DNA of 64,000 nt from Eutreptiella sp. 'Long Island Sound 2002' (taxonomy: Eukaryota > Protista > Euglenida): the NCBI GenBank assembly GCA_964036045.1, contig OZ038378.1, positions 159,030,001 through 159,094,000 on the forward strand, written 5' to 3'. This document shows, one piece after another, positions 1-11,835 of this stretch. The notes under the pieces were generated by a model that was not told the DNA's origin, searched no databases, and saw nothing but the letters and a program-made list of their open reading frames with translations. Each line of letters starts with the position of its first letter. The stretch's first letter is position 1. Position numbers and translations under genes: made by a program.

Positions 1-639
1 CTATTTGTGTAACTTACAGTGCGGAATCACCGAACAAGAGATGTGTCCATAACATGGGGCTGTACTGAGGCTTCAGCTATCCAATGTTGTCTCGAACACC
101 TCGTCTGTGGTTCTGGACACCAACAATGGTTCATGACCCAAGGGTCTCAAACACTGGTGCCCTTTGGAGCATCTGCTTTTGGCAATCGTTCTTGTGCTGG
201 TGCTGGGCTGCTTAGATGTGCAATTCTCCCCCCCCCCCCTGTCAATAGACCCCCCCAAGAGAACGAAGAAACAATCCCCCCCCCCAAGGATTTTAGTTGG
301 CGCTACAAGACTCTACAAACACACAAAAAAAAAAGTAGCCAAGTTTGGGACCAAAAGTGCCCGCATCCCTTCAAATATACCAAATGTATTTGAACTGGAT
401 GTTGAAAACATGTGTACAACCCACAAAATGCAAACAGCAAAATTTGTTTGAGGGCTTGAACACAATTAGTGTTGATGGCCTCCCTACGGCCATGCCAATG
501 CCCCCCCGCTCAAAAGGAAGAAACATAGCCCCCCTTTGCCAATGGGATGAGGGGGGTTGTCATAGTGCCTATGCAGTTGGTACACAGCCCTGGTTTCTTG
601 AGCAGAAGCAACTGGAAGGAGACAGTCTGTTGTGACGAG

Positions 640-960
640 TTTCTAATTGGAACCAAAATTGATCACCACAACATCCGCATGTTCAATGTGTACTTGTGTA
701 CTGTTCTAGATGCCTGGTCCCAATTCTACCGGCAACACCGGGTACCCCTGCCTATGATGGGTGAGGTGGCACAACACCGCAGCCTATGCAATATCTGCGC
801 ACCGCCGTGTCACGCGCAGTCCCAACCCGCCCACTATATCAACGATCCCCTCCTCCATACACCGCAATGGCTGTATCTCCTTGACTGGTCGGTGGACTGG
901 TTGTTGGCCTCATCCCCACACAAGGGCACTACTGGCTCATAGGCCCATTGGGTCTCCATG
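640..960 (+). pseudogene. Degenerate APE-type endonuclease fragment of a non-LTR retrotransposon
   Basis: Motifs occur in APE order across frames: RMFNVY (NVY), PLPMMGEVAQH (~GDFN-H), SVDWLLAS (~ID-IL), AHRPI (~SDHRP). Frameshifted and degenerate. Confidence 0.35.
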
Positions 961-3900
961 GTACCACGTGTTCAATGGGTGCATTCACGAAGTGTGACAT
1001 GCTATGTTTCTTTCCATTTTCACCTATGAAGAAAGTAAAGGAGAGTATGCACAAGTGTGCATGCACGTATGTTAACGGATTGCCCTAAGCATGGGACGTG
1101 CACGACGCAAGTAGTGAACAAACATGCGCACACCGTGAACACGGACCGGTTGAGCTACGTGTGTGGCTGTGGCTGCGGCACGTGCACACGCTGACTCATG
1201 CCGGAAAATAGACATGACAAGGGCACGTGTATGCTTTTACCCACCAGGGGTCCGGGCGCCCAAGCGACCTAGGAGGGGCGACCGATAGACTCCAAGCATG
1301 TCATGCAAGGCAAGGACTTGTCTCCACTTATGTGACACACCAACACAGACTGGTGGTGCGGTGCTTGCGGCTCTAGTTGCAGCGCCTATGCACGTGTTGA
1401 CATTTGGACGCAAACCTTACTCAATGTGGGCTTTCCATGACCAATTGACTGATGGGGAAATTGGTGCCCGTGGCAGACTTCGTCTGCACTAACGTGGACA
1501 TGCATTCCCAGCATGAAGTCTGTGGCTATGGTTTCAATAGTTGTACATACGCTACGTAATCGCCTAAGCGTGTCTTCCTTGTTCATAGCTCCTTTGCGAA
1601 CTCTGAACTCATGTGGCAATGGAACACAAAAAAAAGATTTTGAAAAAACCTTTTTTTGTGACAATACAGTTTGTCGTTCGTGAGAACACTATGCCCATCC
1701 CCCCCATGGACCCCCCCCCCCTCGATCCAGGGGGAGGCCCGTATGCTGTGCGAGGTGGTCACTATGTATGGGACACCTAAAAGCATGTCCAATTAGGAAC
1801 TGTACTCTATGATGGTGCAAATGTGCAGGCAACTATAGCTAAGGGCATTTGAGAACATGCAAGTGTAGTATCATCGCAAGGACGTCGGGCAATTGCACCA
1901 TTTTGGCTGGGAGATGCCTCTGGTGGTCCCGACTGCGAGTGGGCATTGGGTGGTGACTGCGAGTGGGCATTGGGTGGTGTCTTCCTCGGCAAGCAGGGTC
2001 ATGATAGTTTGCGGGACAGCTTGAGTTGCTAAGGCTCTCTCAACAGACCCTCTTTTGACAACGGGATCCTGTCTCAGGGGATGTAGTACATTTATTGTAC
2101 ACTTTATTGTGTACCCCACCATGTGAGAGGCGGTATGTGTGAGTACAAGAGGGTACAGGCAAAGCTGCATTGAGGACCGTGCATATTTTTGAGCGGGCTT
2201 GCAGCGGGGGGTAAGCTAAGTTTGGTACGCTAAAGAGCAAAGATATGAAGTTGAACGGTGATGCAGTGCAGCAGAATATTTGTGGGCTGTGACTAGTTGC
2301 ATGTGACACAGGGGCGTTCGGTAGCTAAGTATCCATTGCTTCATGGCCCCCCGCTGTTGGGGGCCTGGCAACCTGGGCGAGAGGCCCCATCAAGCCTCTT
2401 TGAATCGGCTATAGAAACCATGGCATCCCTCTCCAATGCTTTGAGGTGACTAGTTAGCACTCCTATCCCTATTCCCTTCCATATTCAGTGGTGACTCTAT
2501 CCCAAATAGCATCATATGTTGCAAATCCCGTCGGCATGACATGTTCGTGTACTTTGACAATTCCCAAGAATTTTTTTGAGTGTTGGTTTCAAATGGCAAG
2601 GTGCAATCCTAAGCGAGGGCCGGAAAGTCGCATGGGCCAACAAAAAAGTTCTCACATATTAGGTTCAGCACACCACTTGGAAAAGGGAAGGCGTCCACTG
2701 CTTGGAAAATGTTATGGGCGGGGGTAATGGGGAAAGTGCTTGCGAGGTTGCTGGGTGGGCCGGGCTGATTGGTGCTTGGAAAAGGGGGTGGGTAGGGAGG
2801 CCGGGTAAAGTGCTTGGAAATTTTGATGGCAGCGTGCTTGGGAAAAGTGCTTGCGAGATTGCATGGGAGGTTGCCGGGTGGGCTGGGCTCGGATTAGTGC
2901 TTGGAAATTGCCGAGGGTCGATGCACAGGAAAAGTGTTCGGGGTGTTCCTACCAAGAAATCCTGGGGTAAAGTAGTTCCAACAATACCACGGCACACCAT
3001 CATGTGGAAGCGATTGTTGTCTCCATGGGCCAACGAAAAAAGTCGGCCGTGAACACCAAAGCAAAGATGTAGCAATATCCCTAACCAAATGTGCATTTCA
3101 TGGGAAGCATATTTGTTACATGTGTTGGCCCCCAAGGACGGCCCCAAAAGGGGGGGGTGGGGGGGCATAGTTGTCATACATCGATGATGTATACACATGG
3201 GGGGGGGGGGCTGCTGGCGAGGACCTGACCCCAGTTGGGGGGGGGGGGCTGCCTCTACGGACCCCAAAATGGTTGTGTGGATCAATGGGTTTTGTGGGTG
3301 CCAAAGGCGCCGGAGATTTTGTTCTTACCTATGGCACGGGATGAATCCGCGTTGGTCCATCAGTTGACAATGCACCTTGAAACCATGTGAGCTTGTTGAA
3401 CACTCCAATCTCCTTGGTGGAAAATTGGGGTGTTCTTGTTCAGGTTAAGTTTGGATTCGGTCTTCTTAACACCCCAGCCCCCCCTTGTCAAAGTATGCCG
3501 CAAAAGTAGCAAGGCAAAACATTAATGAGCACAGCACGACTGATTGTTGTTGAACGGAGTAAGTCTAGCATTAGGTCAGGATCATACTAGTTATTTCAAA
3601 ACCTAACAGCATGGCCCTTGTCCAAGTTGAGCACAATTGAGTCAATTTGGCAGTATGTCAAGGTCATGCTAGTTATTTGAAAACCTGACGTTATGGCCCC
3701 TTGGCCAAAATACAATCTTATGTGTTGCGGTCATTTATAAACATTTGGGGGGGCACCCGATGGCGCCTTGCTAGACAATGCATTGAGAGTCTTCCTGGAC
3801 TGATTCCGGCGGGTGACGACCATCATCAATCTATGGCCGAGCTGCGGTCTTATGGCCAAGTGCGGTCTACAAGGGGGAGTGTTAGCGTACCAGGCATCTT

Positions 3901-4139
3901 TTTTCACCATTCCCCACCCGTGCTTGTTTTTGCCCCCCCTCACCAAACAATCTGCCCCCAAGAAGGCAGGGGTGATCCAGCCACTTCTGATTTGGTCCCC
4001 TTCTATTGGGGACTCCCGAGAAGGCAAGGGTTATGTAGCCAATCCGCCCACCTATGGGCACCCGAGAAGGCAGGGGTGATCCAGCCACTTCTGATTTGGT
4101 CCCCTTCTATTGGGGACCCAGAGAAGGTAGGGGTTAGGA

Positions 4140-4620
4140 ACATTTGGTGTGGCTCCCCGATGAGTTGCACTAGTCAGTCCGTATTTTATTGCATTTTACC
4201 CAGTCTTGCATTTGGAGGCAGGTCCACCACCCGAAGTTTTCCATGAAAGTTGAGGTGTTGGGAGAGGGGGGTCAGAGGCAGAGGCAGTGGTTGTAGCCGG
4301 TGCCCCCCCCTGCCATCTACAGCTGATGTTCATTTGTGAAAGTGACCACAAGCGGCAGGCAAAAGAATGACACAGTTTGTTCGTTGAGAGCAGGGCAGGG
4401 CTGGGCAACAGCCAGCAAAACCTCCTTACGGACCATGGAACCATGTTCTTCCTCATGTTTAGATGGACAAGAGCAACACAGCCACCACACAGGATGAGGG
4501 AGAGGATGAGGTAGAAGTGTGTGCGTTGTGTTGTCACAAGCGCTCCGCTGTCGCAGTTTGTGGTGAGTGTAAGGAGCATTATTGCTCAGGGTTCATTGAC
4601 ACCCACAATTGTGGGAATGA
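4140..4620 (+). mobile_element. PIF/Harbinger-like transposase C-terminal fragment with Cys-rich tail
   Basis: Inverted homolog of 8690-8930 (ELH-SVRIL-HF region). One frame reads DEGEDEVEVCALCCHKRSAVAVCGECKEHYC. Confidence 0.4.
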
Positions 4621-5310
4621 TATTCTTTGTTAAGCACATTCTGAGTGACATTTTGTGTTGTTGAACTCCCATATTTCAGCTTATGCAACATGCTTTGCTG
4701 GGGCTAGAGCCAAGATATTTAAATACAAAGGTAGCGTGCCAGGGGGCAAACATCCCCCCAAAATTTGCATGGACACAATGTCTGAAGGAGGGATGGACAG
4801 ACTGAAATGATATGGAACTGTGAGAGTTTCCCAGGGTGATTCCGGAGGGTGATGACCATCATCGTTCTATGGCCAAGCTGCGGCCGTGTCCAAGCTGCAG
4901 CAGGCGTGGGGAAGAGATCGTTTTGGTACCTGATTTAATTCGTTATGAAATGTAGTGCAGCCACATAAGGCAGGGGTTTGGTGACAAATCTGCAAGTTAC
5001 ATAAGGTCATGGCTTCTATCATGCGGTCACTGAAGTGTGCGTTGATAGTTGTATGTGGTACGTGCAAGCTACGGTCTTGTCTAAGTTACAGCAGGCGTAG
5101 GGACCATATTACGTTGGTACTTTTGCATTGCGACAGCGCGGGAGGGGGGTATGGACCACTGATTGATTTCTCCATCTTTTGACGTTTTGCACTGGGTTGT
5201 TCTTGGTGGTAATAGCAGTTGTAGGAACCATCGTGCAGCTGGCCTGGAGGAACATGGAACCCAGGGTAGTGGTATGGATGGGGGACCGCATCAATTACTT
5301 GTTGGTGTTC

Positions 5311-5312
5311 AG
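5311..5312 (+). promoter_or_regulatory. Candidate SL trans-splice acceptor AG, 5 nt before the MAPR start codon
   Basis: ttacttgttggtgttcAG|tcttcATG. Function is inferred from the euglenid context. Confidence 0.4.
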
Positions 5313-5317
5313 TCTTC

Positions 5318-5545
5318 ATGGAATCGGGGTTTTCGATGACACAGCTGGCCCTCGGGGCTGCTGTTGTGGCTGGAGCATTGGCTCTTGTTGCCTTTATGCG
5401 TGCGCAAAGTAAAGAGGACCCGCCAGCTCCCCCTGTGGAAAAGCCAAAGCCTGAGCCCCGAGACTTCACAGCCGAAGAGTTGAGCAAATTCAAGGGCGAA
5501 AATGGGAGTCCAGTGTATTTATCGCTGAAGAATATTGTGTATGAG
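5318..5545 (+). CDS. Cytochrome b5-like heme/steroid-binding protein (MAPR/PGRMC-like), exon 1 of 2
   Basis: N-terminal TM anchor (LALGAAVVAGALALVAF), then RDFTAEELSKFKGENGSPVYLSLKNIVYE. Phase-0 donor GAG|gtgtgc at 5546. Confidence 0.9.
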
Positions 5546-5782
5546 GTGTGCGATGCTTGTGCCAACATTTCATCCAAGATTGGTGTGTTTTTGTCTTCTC
5601 AAGCCTGGGGTCCAGTTCTTTGTTGCACACTCCCCTCATTCCTGGCTGCTAGCCAGCCGCAATACCCCAGTTGGTGGATGGCTGATGCCGGTTACTTGTC
5701 ATCTACTGCGCCCCACTTCTCATCATTTCTTGGAGTCACAAGATGCACTTTCTTCATAAAGGAAAGGTTGCTGCTGGTAGAG

Positions 5783-6348
5783 CAGGCTTCGTTTATAAGA
5801 ATTAAGTTGCAATGGGGGGGGGGTCTGGGTGGGGGGGTCTTCAGCCGGGTGGGTGGGTCCAAAGCTCTGGACCCCCCCCCCCTCTTATAATTCTGAGGGT
5901 TTCCTGGGTTGGGCTCCTGCCACACCTTCTTTCTTTGGTCACAGGAGCCTTGTCTGGCTGTTTGCTGGTGCCTCTTTCTGTTGTGTCGTTGTGCAGGTGG
6001 CAATTTTTCACATGGTGGACTTTTTTTGATAACATGTTAAACCTGTGGACCCTTTGTTGCACAATGCTGTCAGAGCTGGTTGGTAGCCCAGTTGTCAAGG
6101 AGCTTAACTGCAGTTCCAAAGATCCCTGGTTCAAACCCTGGTGTTGTGAAGTTTTTGGTGTGTCACCCTTTGGGGATGCCTAACCCGGGAGAGTGCCTTG
6201 GCTTCAATTTGGTTCACAAAAAATGCTCCCCACAGAATTATAAGAGGGGGGGGGGGTCTGGGTGGGTCAAAAGTTGGGTGGGTGGGTCCAAAGTTGGGTG
6301 GGTGGGTCTTGTCCAAAATACCCCCCCCCCTCTTATAAACGAAGCCTG
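5783..6348. mobile_element. hAT-like MITE (566 bp) in the MAPR intron
   Basis: TIR CAGGCTTCGTTTATAAGA...TCTTATAAACGAAGCCTG. Exact 8-bp TSD TGGTAGAG at 5775-5782 and 6349-6356. Confidence 0.9.
6077..6141 (+). pseudogene. tRNA-derived (Cys/GCA-like) relic with A and B boxes inside the hAT MITE
   Basis: TAGCCCAGTTG (A box), AACTGCAG anticodon-like loop, CCTGGTTCAAACCCTGG T-arm. The acceptor stem does not pair, so it is not a functional tRNA. Confidence 0.5.
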
Positions 6349-7399
6349 TGGTAGAGGATGTGGAAATGAATGAATCAATGAACATGCAGGGATGGAGTAC
6401 TGTACGTAGAACTGCAGGACTGCATCTTTGTGAGATGCTGATGTGCCATCCATGTGTTAATAAAGCGTGCTCATATCACATAGTGGGGCAGTTCATGTAC
6501 AATGAGATGATAAGGTAGCTTTACAGCAGATACAGCAGCACAACATGGCTTTGGGCACAATGCGCTGAACAGTGTAAGCCTGATAGCACAAACCTATGAG
6601 GTGCCCACTGTGTCAAGTCATACTTAAAGTTGTTCTTGAATTTCTCCCGAGAGCTTGCCAGGCACTGGCAGGTGAAATCAGTGAGATAATTCCTCATCAT
6701 TCATGAGAAGTCAACAGACATCCAGTGCAGCCCTCAGGCTCAGATACCTAGTGTTTCATACTGACTAACAGCCACGATGCATTCAGTTTTTTGCAATGCA
6801 TCCACAAGGACGAGAAACGTTGTCAAAAAGGCAGGGGGGCTCGCACACTCTATGTGGACCTGGGTACCCAATTGGGTTGATATCCAATCAGGTTGAAGAC
6901 AGGTAGATGGGTAGAATATCGTCAAGTGACAATTACGGGCTGCAGTATGGAACATTGCGCGCTTCCCCAGGGGGGTGTCTTTGCATGCAGCATGCATGCA
7001 GGGTGCACACAGTGCAGGATCTTTGTACTGCTGGAAGTACCAAGACGCTGTTTCAAGCCTCACTCTGCTCTGGATGTAAAACAGTCTCATGGGTATCTCT
7101 AACCCTAACCCTAATCAAGACGGAATATTGGGACCGAGCTGGTGGGGGAGGGAACATCAGCTACGCGGCTGCATAAGGATGCATCTTGAGGGACACCAAG
7201 AACAATTCCCGACACTTGCCCCCCTACACTGCCTTTGAAACACTTCCTCGCTCGCTTCAAGAGACGTGCCCACCAGCACTCCCCCCAGCACCCCCCCCCC
7301 CCAGCACCCCACCTATAACCCCTCCCTCTAACCATCCCCCAAGCTCTTCCTCACTTGCTTTGCTCGCTTGAGAGACATGCCCCCCAGCACTCCTCCCAT

Positions 7400-8290
7400 A
7401 CCTCTCCCCTATCACCCCTCCCCCGCATTCCCCCCGGACCCCGTTGTGCTACACTCTCAGTCCAATTTTGCCCACTACAAGGGTTTTTTGTAGCTTGCAT
7501 GTGCTCATATGGGTCCAAGATGGCTCCGCTTGCTCGAGAGACATGCCACCTAGCGCTCCTCTTGCACCCCTCACCTATCACCCCCCCCCCTCCCCCGCAT
7601 TCCCCCCGGACCCCGTTGTGCTACACTCTCCGTCCAATTTTGCCCACTACAAAAAATTTTGAGCTTGCATGGGCTCATATGCATCCAAGATGGCTCCAAA
7701 TCACCTTTAGCCACTTGTTTGGGCACCCCAAGCGGTCACGAACTACTTTGGAAGACTCGTTTTTGACCATTTTTGTACCCATAGGTGACCCTGTAACCCT
7801 ACCCTTGCACGTGTGCTCCGCGCGCTGCACCATTCCAATGGGGCTTGAAGGGTGCTGACTACGCAAAAATAGGTTGGAGCACTTCCCCTTCATCATTATT
7901 TATCACCACAAGGGTGCTCAATGCAATCCATGGCATAGAAACACGGCACATTCCCCGGGGACACCCCCCCCCCTACGCAATGCCAGTTCCAAATTGCCCA
8001 TTTCAAGGGTTTTTGGGAACTTGTGTGGGCTAATATGGGTCAAAGATAGCTCGAAATGGCCTTGGTTGAGCACCCGGTCTAGGAAAGACTTTGGAAAAAA
8101 TCATTCTTGACCACTTTTGTACCCACAAGTGACCCTGTAACCCTACCCTAGCACGTGCGTTGTACACACAAGTGGTTCCAATATGGCATTGAAGGGTGTT
8201 GATAGCATGGAAATACATTTTAAGTGATCCCCTTCATCATTATTGAGCAACACAAGGGTGCCCAACGCAATTCATGGCAGTCAAACGCAG
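7400..8290. repeat. Local direct duplications (about 170-bp and 360-bp spacing)
   Basis: ccccgcattcccccggaccccgttgtgctacactctc recurs near 7421 and 7593; gtgaccctgtaaccctacc recurs near 7785 and 8130. Confidence 0.7.
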
Positions 8291-8689
8291 CATAGGAAGG
8301 TGGAACCGGGAATAATATGCAAAAAGGGTGCTTTTTAAGGCTGATTTTGCGGTATTTTGGGCCCCAAAAGAAGTTGTTGAGCCCATTGATCACGTGCAAA
8401 AGCCCACTAGACGGTGATCAAAGGTGTTTCTTTGGCGGAATGGTTGCTCGGTGCGCGCCTAGCGCTCTACTTTTCTATTAACTATCCCAACTTCAGCCCC
8501 AGATTTACCCTCTCATGGAGAAGCCCCCCAAGTAGACCACGTTGCACTGCACACCTTCCCTACAAAGCACGTTGCATAATAAAGCAATAGCTGTGAATTC
8601 AACAACTCCAAATGTCATTTGTATTGTACTTAACAAACAACATTGGTCCCACAAGTGTGGGTGTCAATACATTCAGTACAATAGTGCTC

Positions 8690-9190
8690 CTTACACTCAT
8701 CACAACTGCAACGGTGGAGCGCTTCTAGCAACACAACACACACACTTGTGCCTCATCCTCTGCCTCATCTTGCGTGGCGGCCGAGTTGCTTTAGGCACTC
8801 CAAACATGAGGCGGGACATGCTCCCATGGTCCGTAGGGGGGGGGGGGGTGACGGACTTGCCTCCGGATGCAAAATTGTGTAAAATGCAACAAAATACGGA
8901 CTGACTGGTGCAACTCATTGGGGCCGCCACGCCAGATGTCCCTATCCCAATGCCACAGCAGCAAACAGCTGCTCAATGTGTGCCCTATACCACCCATGCA
9001 CGTCATTGTAACATTGTTGGCGGGCTGTCAAAGTGCCATTCTTTCTTCCAATGAGAGGCACAATGACATGAATCCGGCCTTTATAAGCACCATCATGGCC
9101 CCCAACTTCGAAATCAAAGAAATCACCTCGGGTACGAGAAGGTCCATACTCATCCCAAATCAAAACATCTGCTGATGTCCCAGGGGCCAA
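8690..9190 (-). mobile_element. PIF/Harbinger (DDE_Tnp_4-like) transposase fragment
   Basis: GGHDGAYKGRIHVIVP...LTARQQCYNDVHGWYRAHIEQLF fits the Harbinger D-x-[AG]Y...P...YN..H...R..[IV]E..F pattern. Homologs at 37616-37900 and 4140-4620. Confidence 0.65.
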
Positions 9191-9254
9191 GGGGCAAAAT
9201 CCATATAATGTTGCCCAAAAGAGGGTGGAAATGCTATGTCACCCCTACATTCTT

Positions 9255-9440
9255 GTGGATTGCGAGTCCCTAACCCCAACTCAAGGGGCCACGCAACAAA
9301 GCGTGGATTGTGAGTCCCTAACCCCAACTCAAGGGGCCACGCAACAAAGCGTGGATTGTGAGTCCCTAACCCCAACGCAAGGGGCCATGCAACAAAGCGT
9401 GGATTGCGAGTCCCTAACCCCAACTCAAGGGGCCACGCAA
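9255..9440. repeat. 48-bp tandem repeat, about 3.9 copies
   Basis: Unit gtggattgcgagtccctaaccccaactcaaggggccacgcaacaaagc starts at 9255, 9303, 9351 and 9399. Confidence 0.95.
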
Positions 9441-10052
9441 GTTATTTGGTGTGGCATGTGTTGGATTCCCACAGCCAGTGAATTTACACTCAGGCGGTGA
9501 AGACCAGCACCACCCGATGGTGTCTGGTGACCACATGGGGCAAATGTGACCAGGCATTCATTCATTCATTCATTCCAGCTTAGATTTTGCCTGGCACCAG
9601 AGACCACAGCTTTCCCATGTCGCCGGTTGGTTTCAATGGGGGAAGTGTGACTGGCCACATTTTGCCCATGAAAGTTAGTCGAAGATCAACAGAAGGGGGA
9701 ATGCAAACACAGTTATTGCCATAAAGGTCACAAGCCTCCAAACATTGGAAACTCTCCAGCTTAATCCTTGAGAGTGACGTGGTGTGGTGCTTTGTGCCAT
9801 TTGACTGCAGCCTTTCTGGAGGGTGCCGATAACAGGCGCTGCGTGCTCAATATGTGGAAACTCCCCCTTTTGCGATTGGGTATTGCTCCTGACACAATGT
9901 ATGTACATTATGCTTTACTTTTGGTTGTATTAAAATGATTTTGAATGGATCATTGTGCAAGACATTTGTTAGATGCATGCGGGTGTGTATGGATTCCAGG
10001 CCTCAGACACTGTCCCAGGTGTCCGCAGCAATTTTCGCACTGCACATTGCAG

Positions 10053-10271
10053 GTCTCTCCATCCTTCTACGGACCCGGAATGGGCTACAATGTATTTGCT
10101 GGTGTAGATTGTACAATTCCGTTGGGCAGATCCGACATTTCTACCAATGGTGCAAACGAGGATTGGAGTATATTGACGCCCTCTGAGTTGGAGACTGCAT
10201 CAAGTTGGGAGGCCAAATTTCAGAGCAAGTATGACGTTGTTGGCACGTTCATCCCACCATATAAGAAGTAA
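10053..10271 (+). CDS. Cytochrome b5-like heme/steroid-binding protein (MAPR/PGRMC-like), exon 2; spliced product about 148 aa
   Basis: Acceptor cattgcAG| at 10051-10052. In-frame join gives IVYE-VSPSFYGPGMGYNVFAGVD...WEAKFQSKYDVVG, the typical MAPR signature. Confidence 0.9.
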   Translation, partial: VSPSFYGPGMGYNVFAGVDCTIPLGRSDISTNGANEDWSILTPSELETASSWEAKFQSKYDVVGTFIPPYKK

Positions 10272-11704
10272 GTATCTTCCTTCCGGCCTGTGTTTTAACG
10301 TCCGAACCCTCTTCCCACTGTCCACTCTCAGGGGTGGAGAAAACCAAGCTTAGCAGTGAACTGAATATTCGTGGCACGCATGTCGCTGCAAGGGGGGTGG
10401 TGAATGAGTGATCCTGGTGCCTGAGGCAACAAAGGGTGCAATATGTGGCACAATAGGTGCACCAGGGCAAAGTTTTTCCACGCATTCTGCAAATGCAAAG
10501 GTACTTCTTGTCTGTCCAGACAATGAAGTGGCTGTACAATGCAAAAGGGACTTTTTGTTTGCTAATGGCATTTCATGTGTGCATTGGCAACCTGCATACA
10601 TTTTTTTCCTGTTATATAACTGAAGTACACCAGGTACACTCTTTAGAGTGCACCAGTATGTTACAGCTACACACTATAAATTTCTTCCGAACGTATCCCA
10701 GGATGGGGCGAAGCTGCCAGAGACAACGAATAAACGGAGTATGCACAGTTGGTTGAGCCATTGAAGAGAGGGAGGGCTTTGGAAGAAGGTCACGGCATTC
10801 ATGAAATTGAAAGCAAGCAAGGAAGGCAAGCAACCGGATACAAGGGAGCAGTCAACACTTGGAAACCCCCAAAGAGCTTTGAATTGCACAAAGCCAAACA
10901 CATCAACAAATATACGGCATGAAATCACAACAATACTTCCGTGGCTATTGCACAAGTTCCCAATGTTGAGGCAGTCCACGACATGATCAAGATGCTTTTT
11001 TTGGGGGGGGGGGGTATGTGATACAGTTGGAACAATTTCCACAGTAGAGGTTTGGCAGGATATTTCTGGACGTGGAATACCCAAGGTGTTTTGATTTCGA
11101 CACAGCCAAAGACTCAAACAAACATTTCTATCCTTCTGCTTTTGCAGAAGTTGCCAATCTCTATTTTGCGTTCCTATTGGCACAGTTAGTGTCCCAAAAA
11201 TGGTTTTGATTTGAAATTTGGTTGGTATTGATTTGTGTTTCTCAATTTTCGAGCATTAACCCTTGTTATATTGCGTGGAACAAATGCTTTATGCTTTTGT
11301 ACATTTTTGCATTCCAGACTTCTTCTTCAGCAGGAGGCACACATGCAAGCAAAACCACGATCTTTATATTGGGGGAATGACATTTTGTATCTTTGTCTTA
11401 AGGGAGTGGCAGTTTCCCGCCCAACAGCCCATGATAAAAGCGGCCTAACCAAGGGCAGACCATGTTTGGCGAGCCAAAGTTCAACCAAAGGACAGCAGCA
11501 TTAAGTATTATAGGTCAGGGTGCAAAGCAGCTCCCGACAAAAGTTGCAAGAAAAAATCGGTGTAGTGAGCACAACCCTAAGGATTGGCAAAGAAAAGATG
11601 GAAAAAGGATTATAGGGACGCGTACCATAGACGTTATAAAAGGAATGGGATAAGTGTTGGAAAATGGGGAAAAGAGGCCAGGGGGGCAGCGGGGCTGATG
11701 AAGG

Positions 11705-11835
11705 TGGTCCTGGGCATAAAACCACGCCCCAATGGGGAATAAAACCACCCCGGGTGGTTTTATTCCCATTTTTCAGGGCAATAAAACCACCCCGGGGTGG
11801 TTTTATGCCACCAAAGCAACAAATGACACAACACA
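11705..11835. repeat. Copy of a palindrome-rich dispersed repeat (ATAAAACCACC...GGTGGTTTTAT family)
   Basis: Perfect hairpins at 11735-11767 and 11781-11806. An inverted homolog lies at 18060-18281. Confidence 0.8.

Noticed and set aside
4636-4654. Second degenerate SL-like sequence (ACATTCTGAGTGACATTTT)
   Set aside because: Only a 9-nt exact core, with no TTTCG end and no downstream ORF.
7099-7114. Interstitial telomeric repeat (CCCTAA)
   Set aside because: Fewer than three copies, which can be expected by chance.
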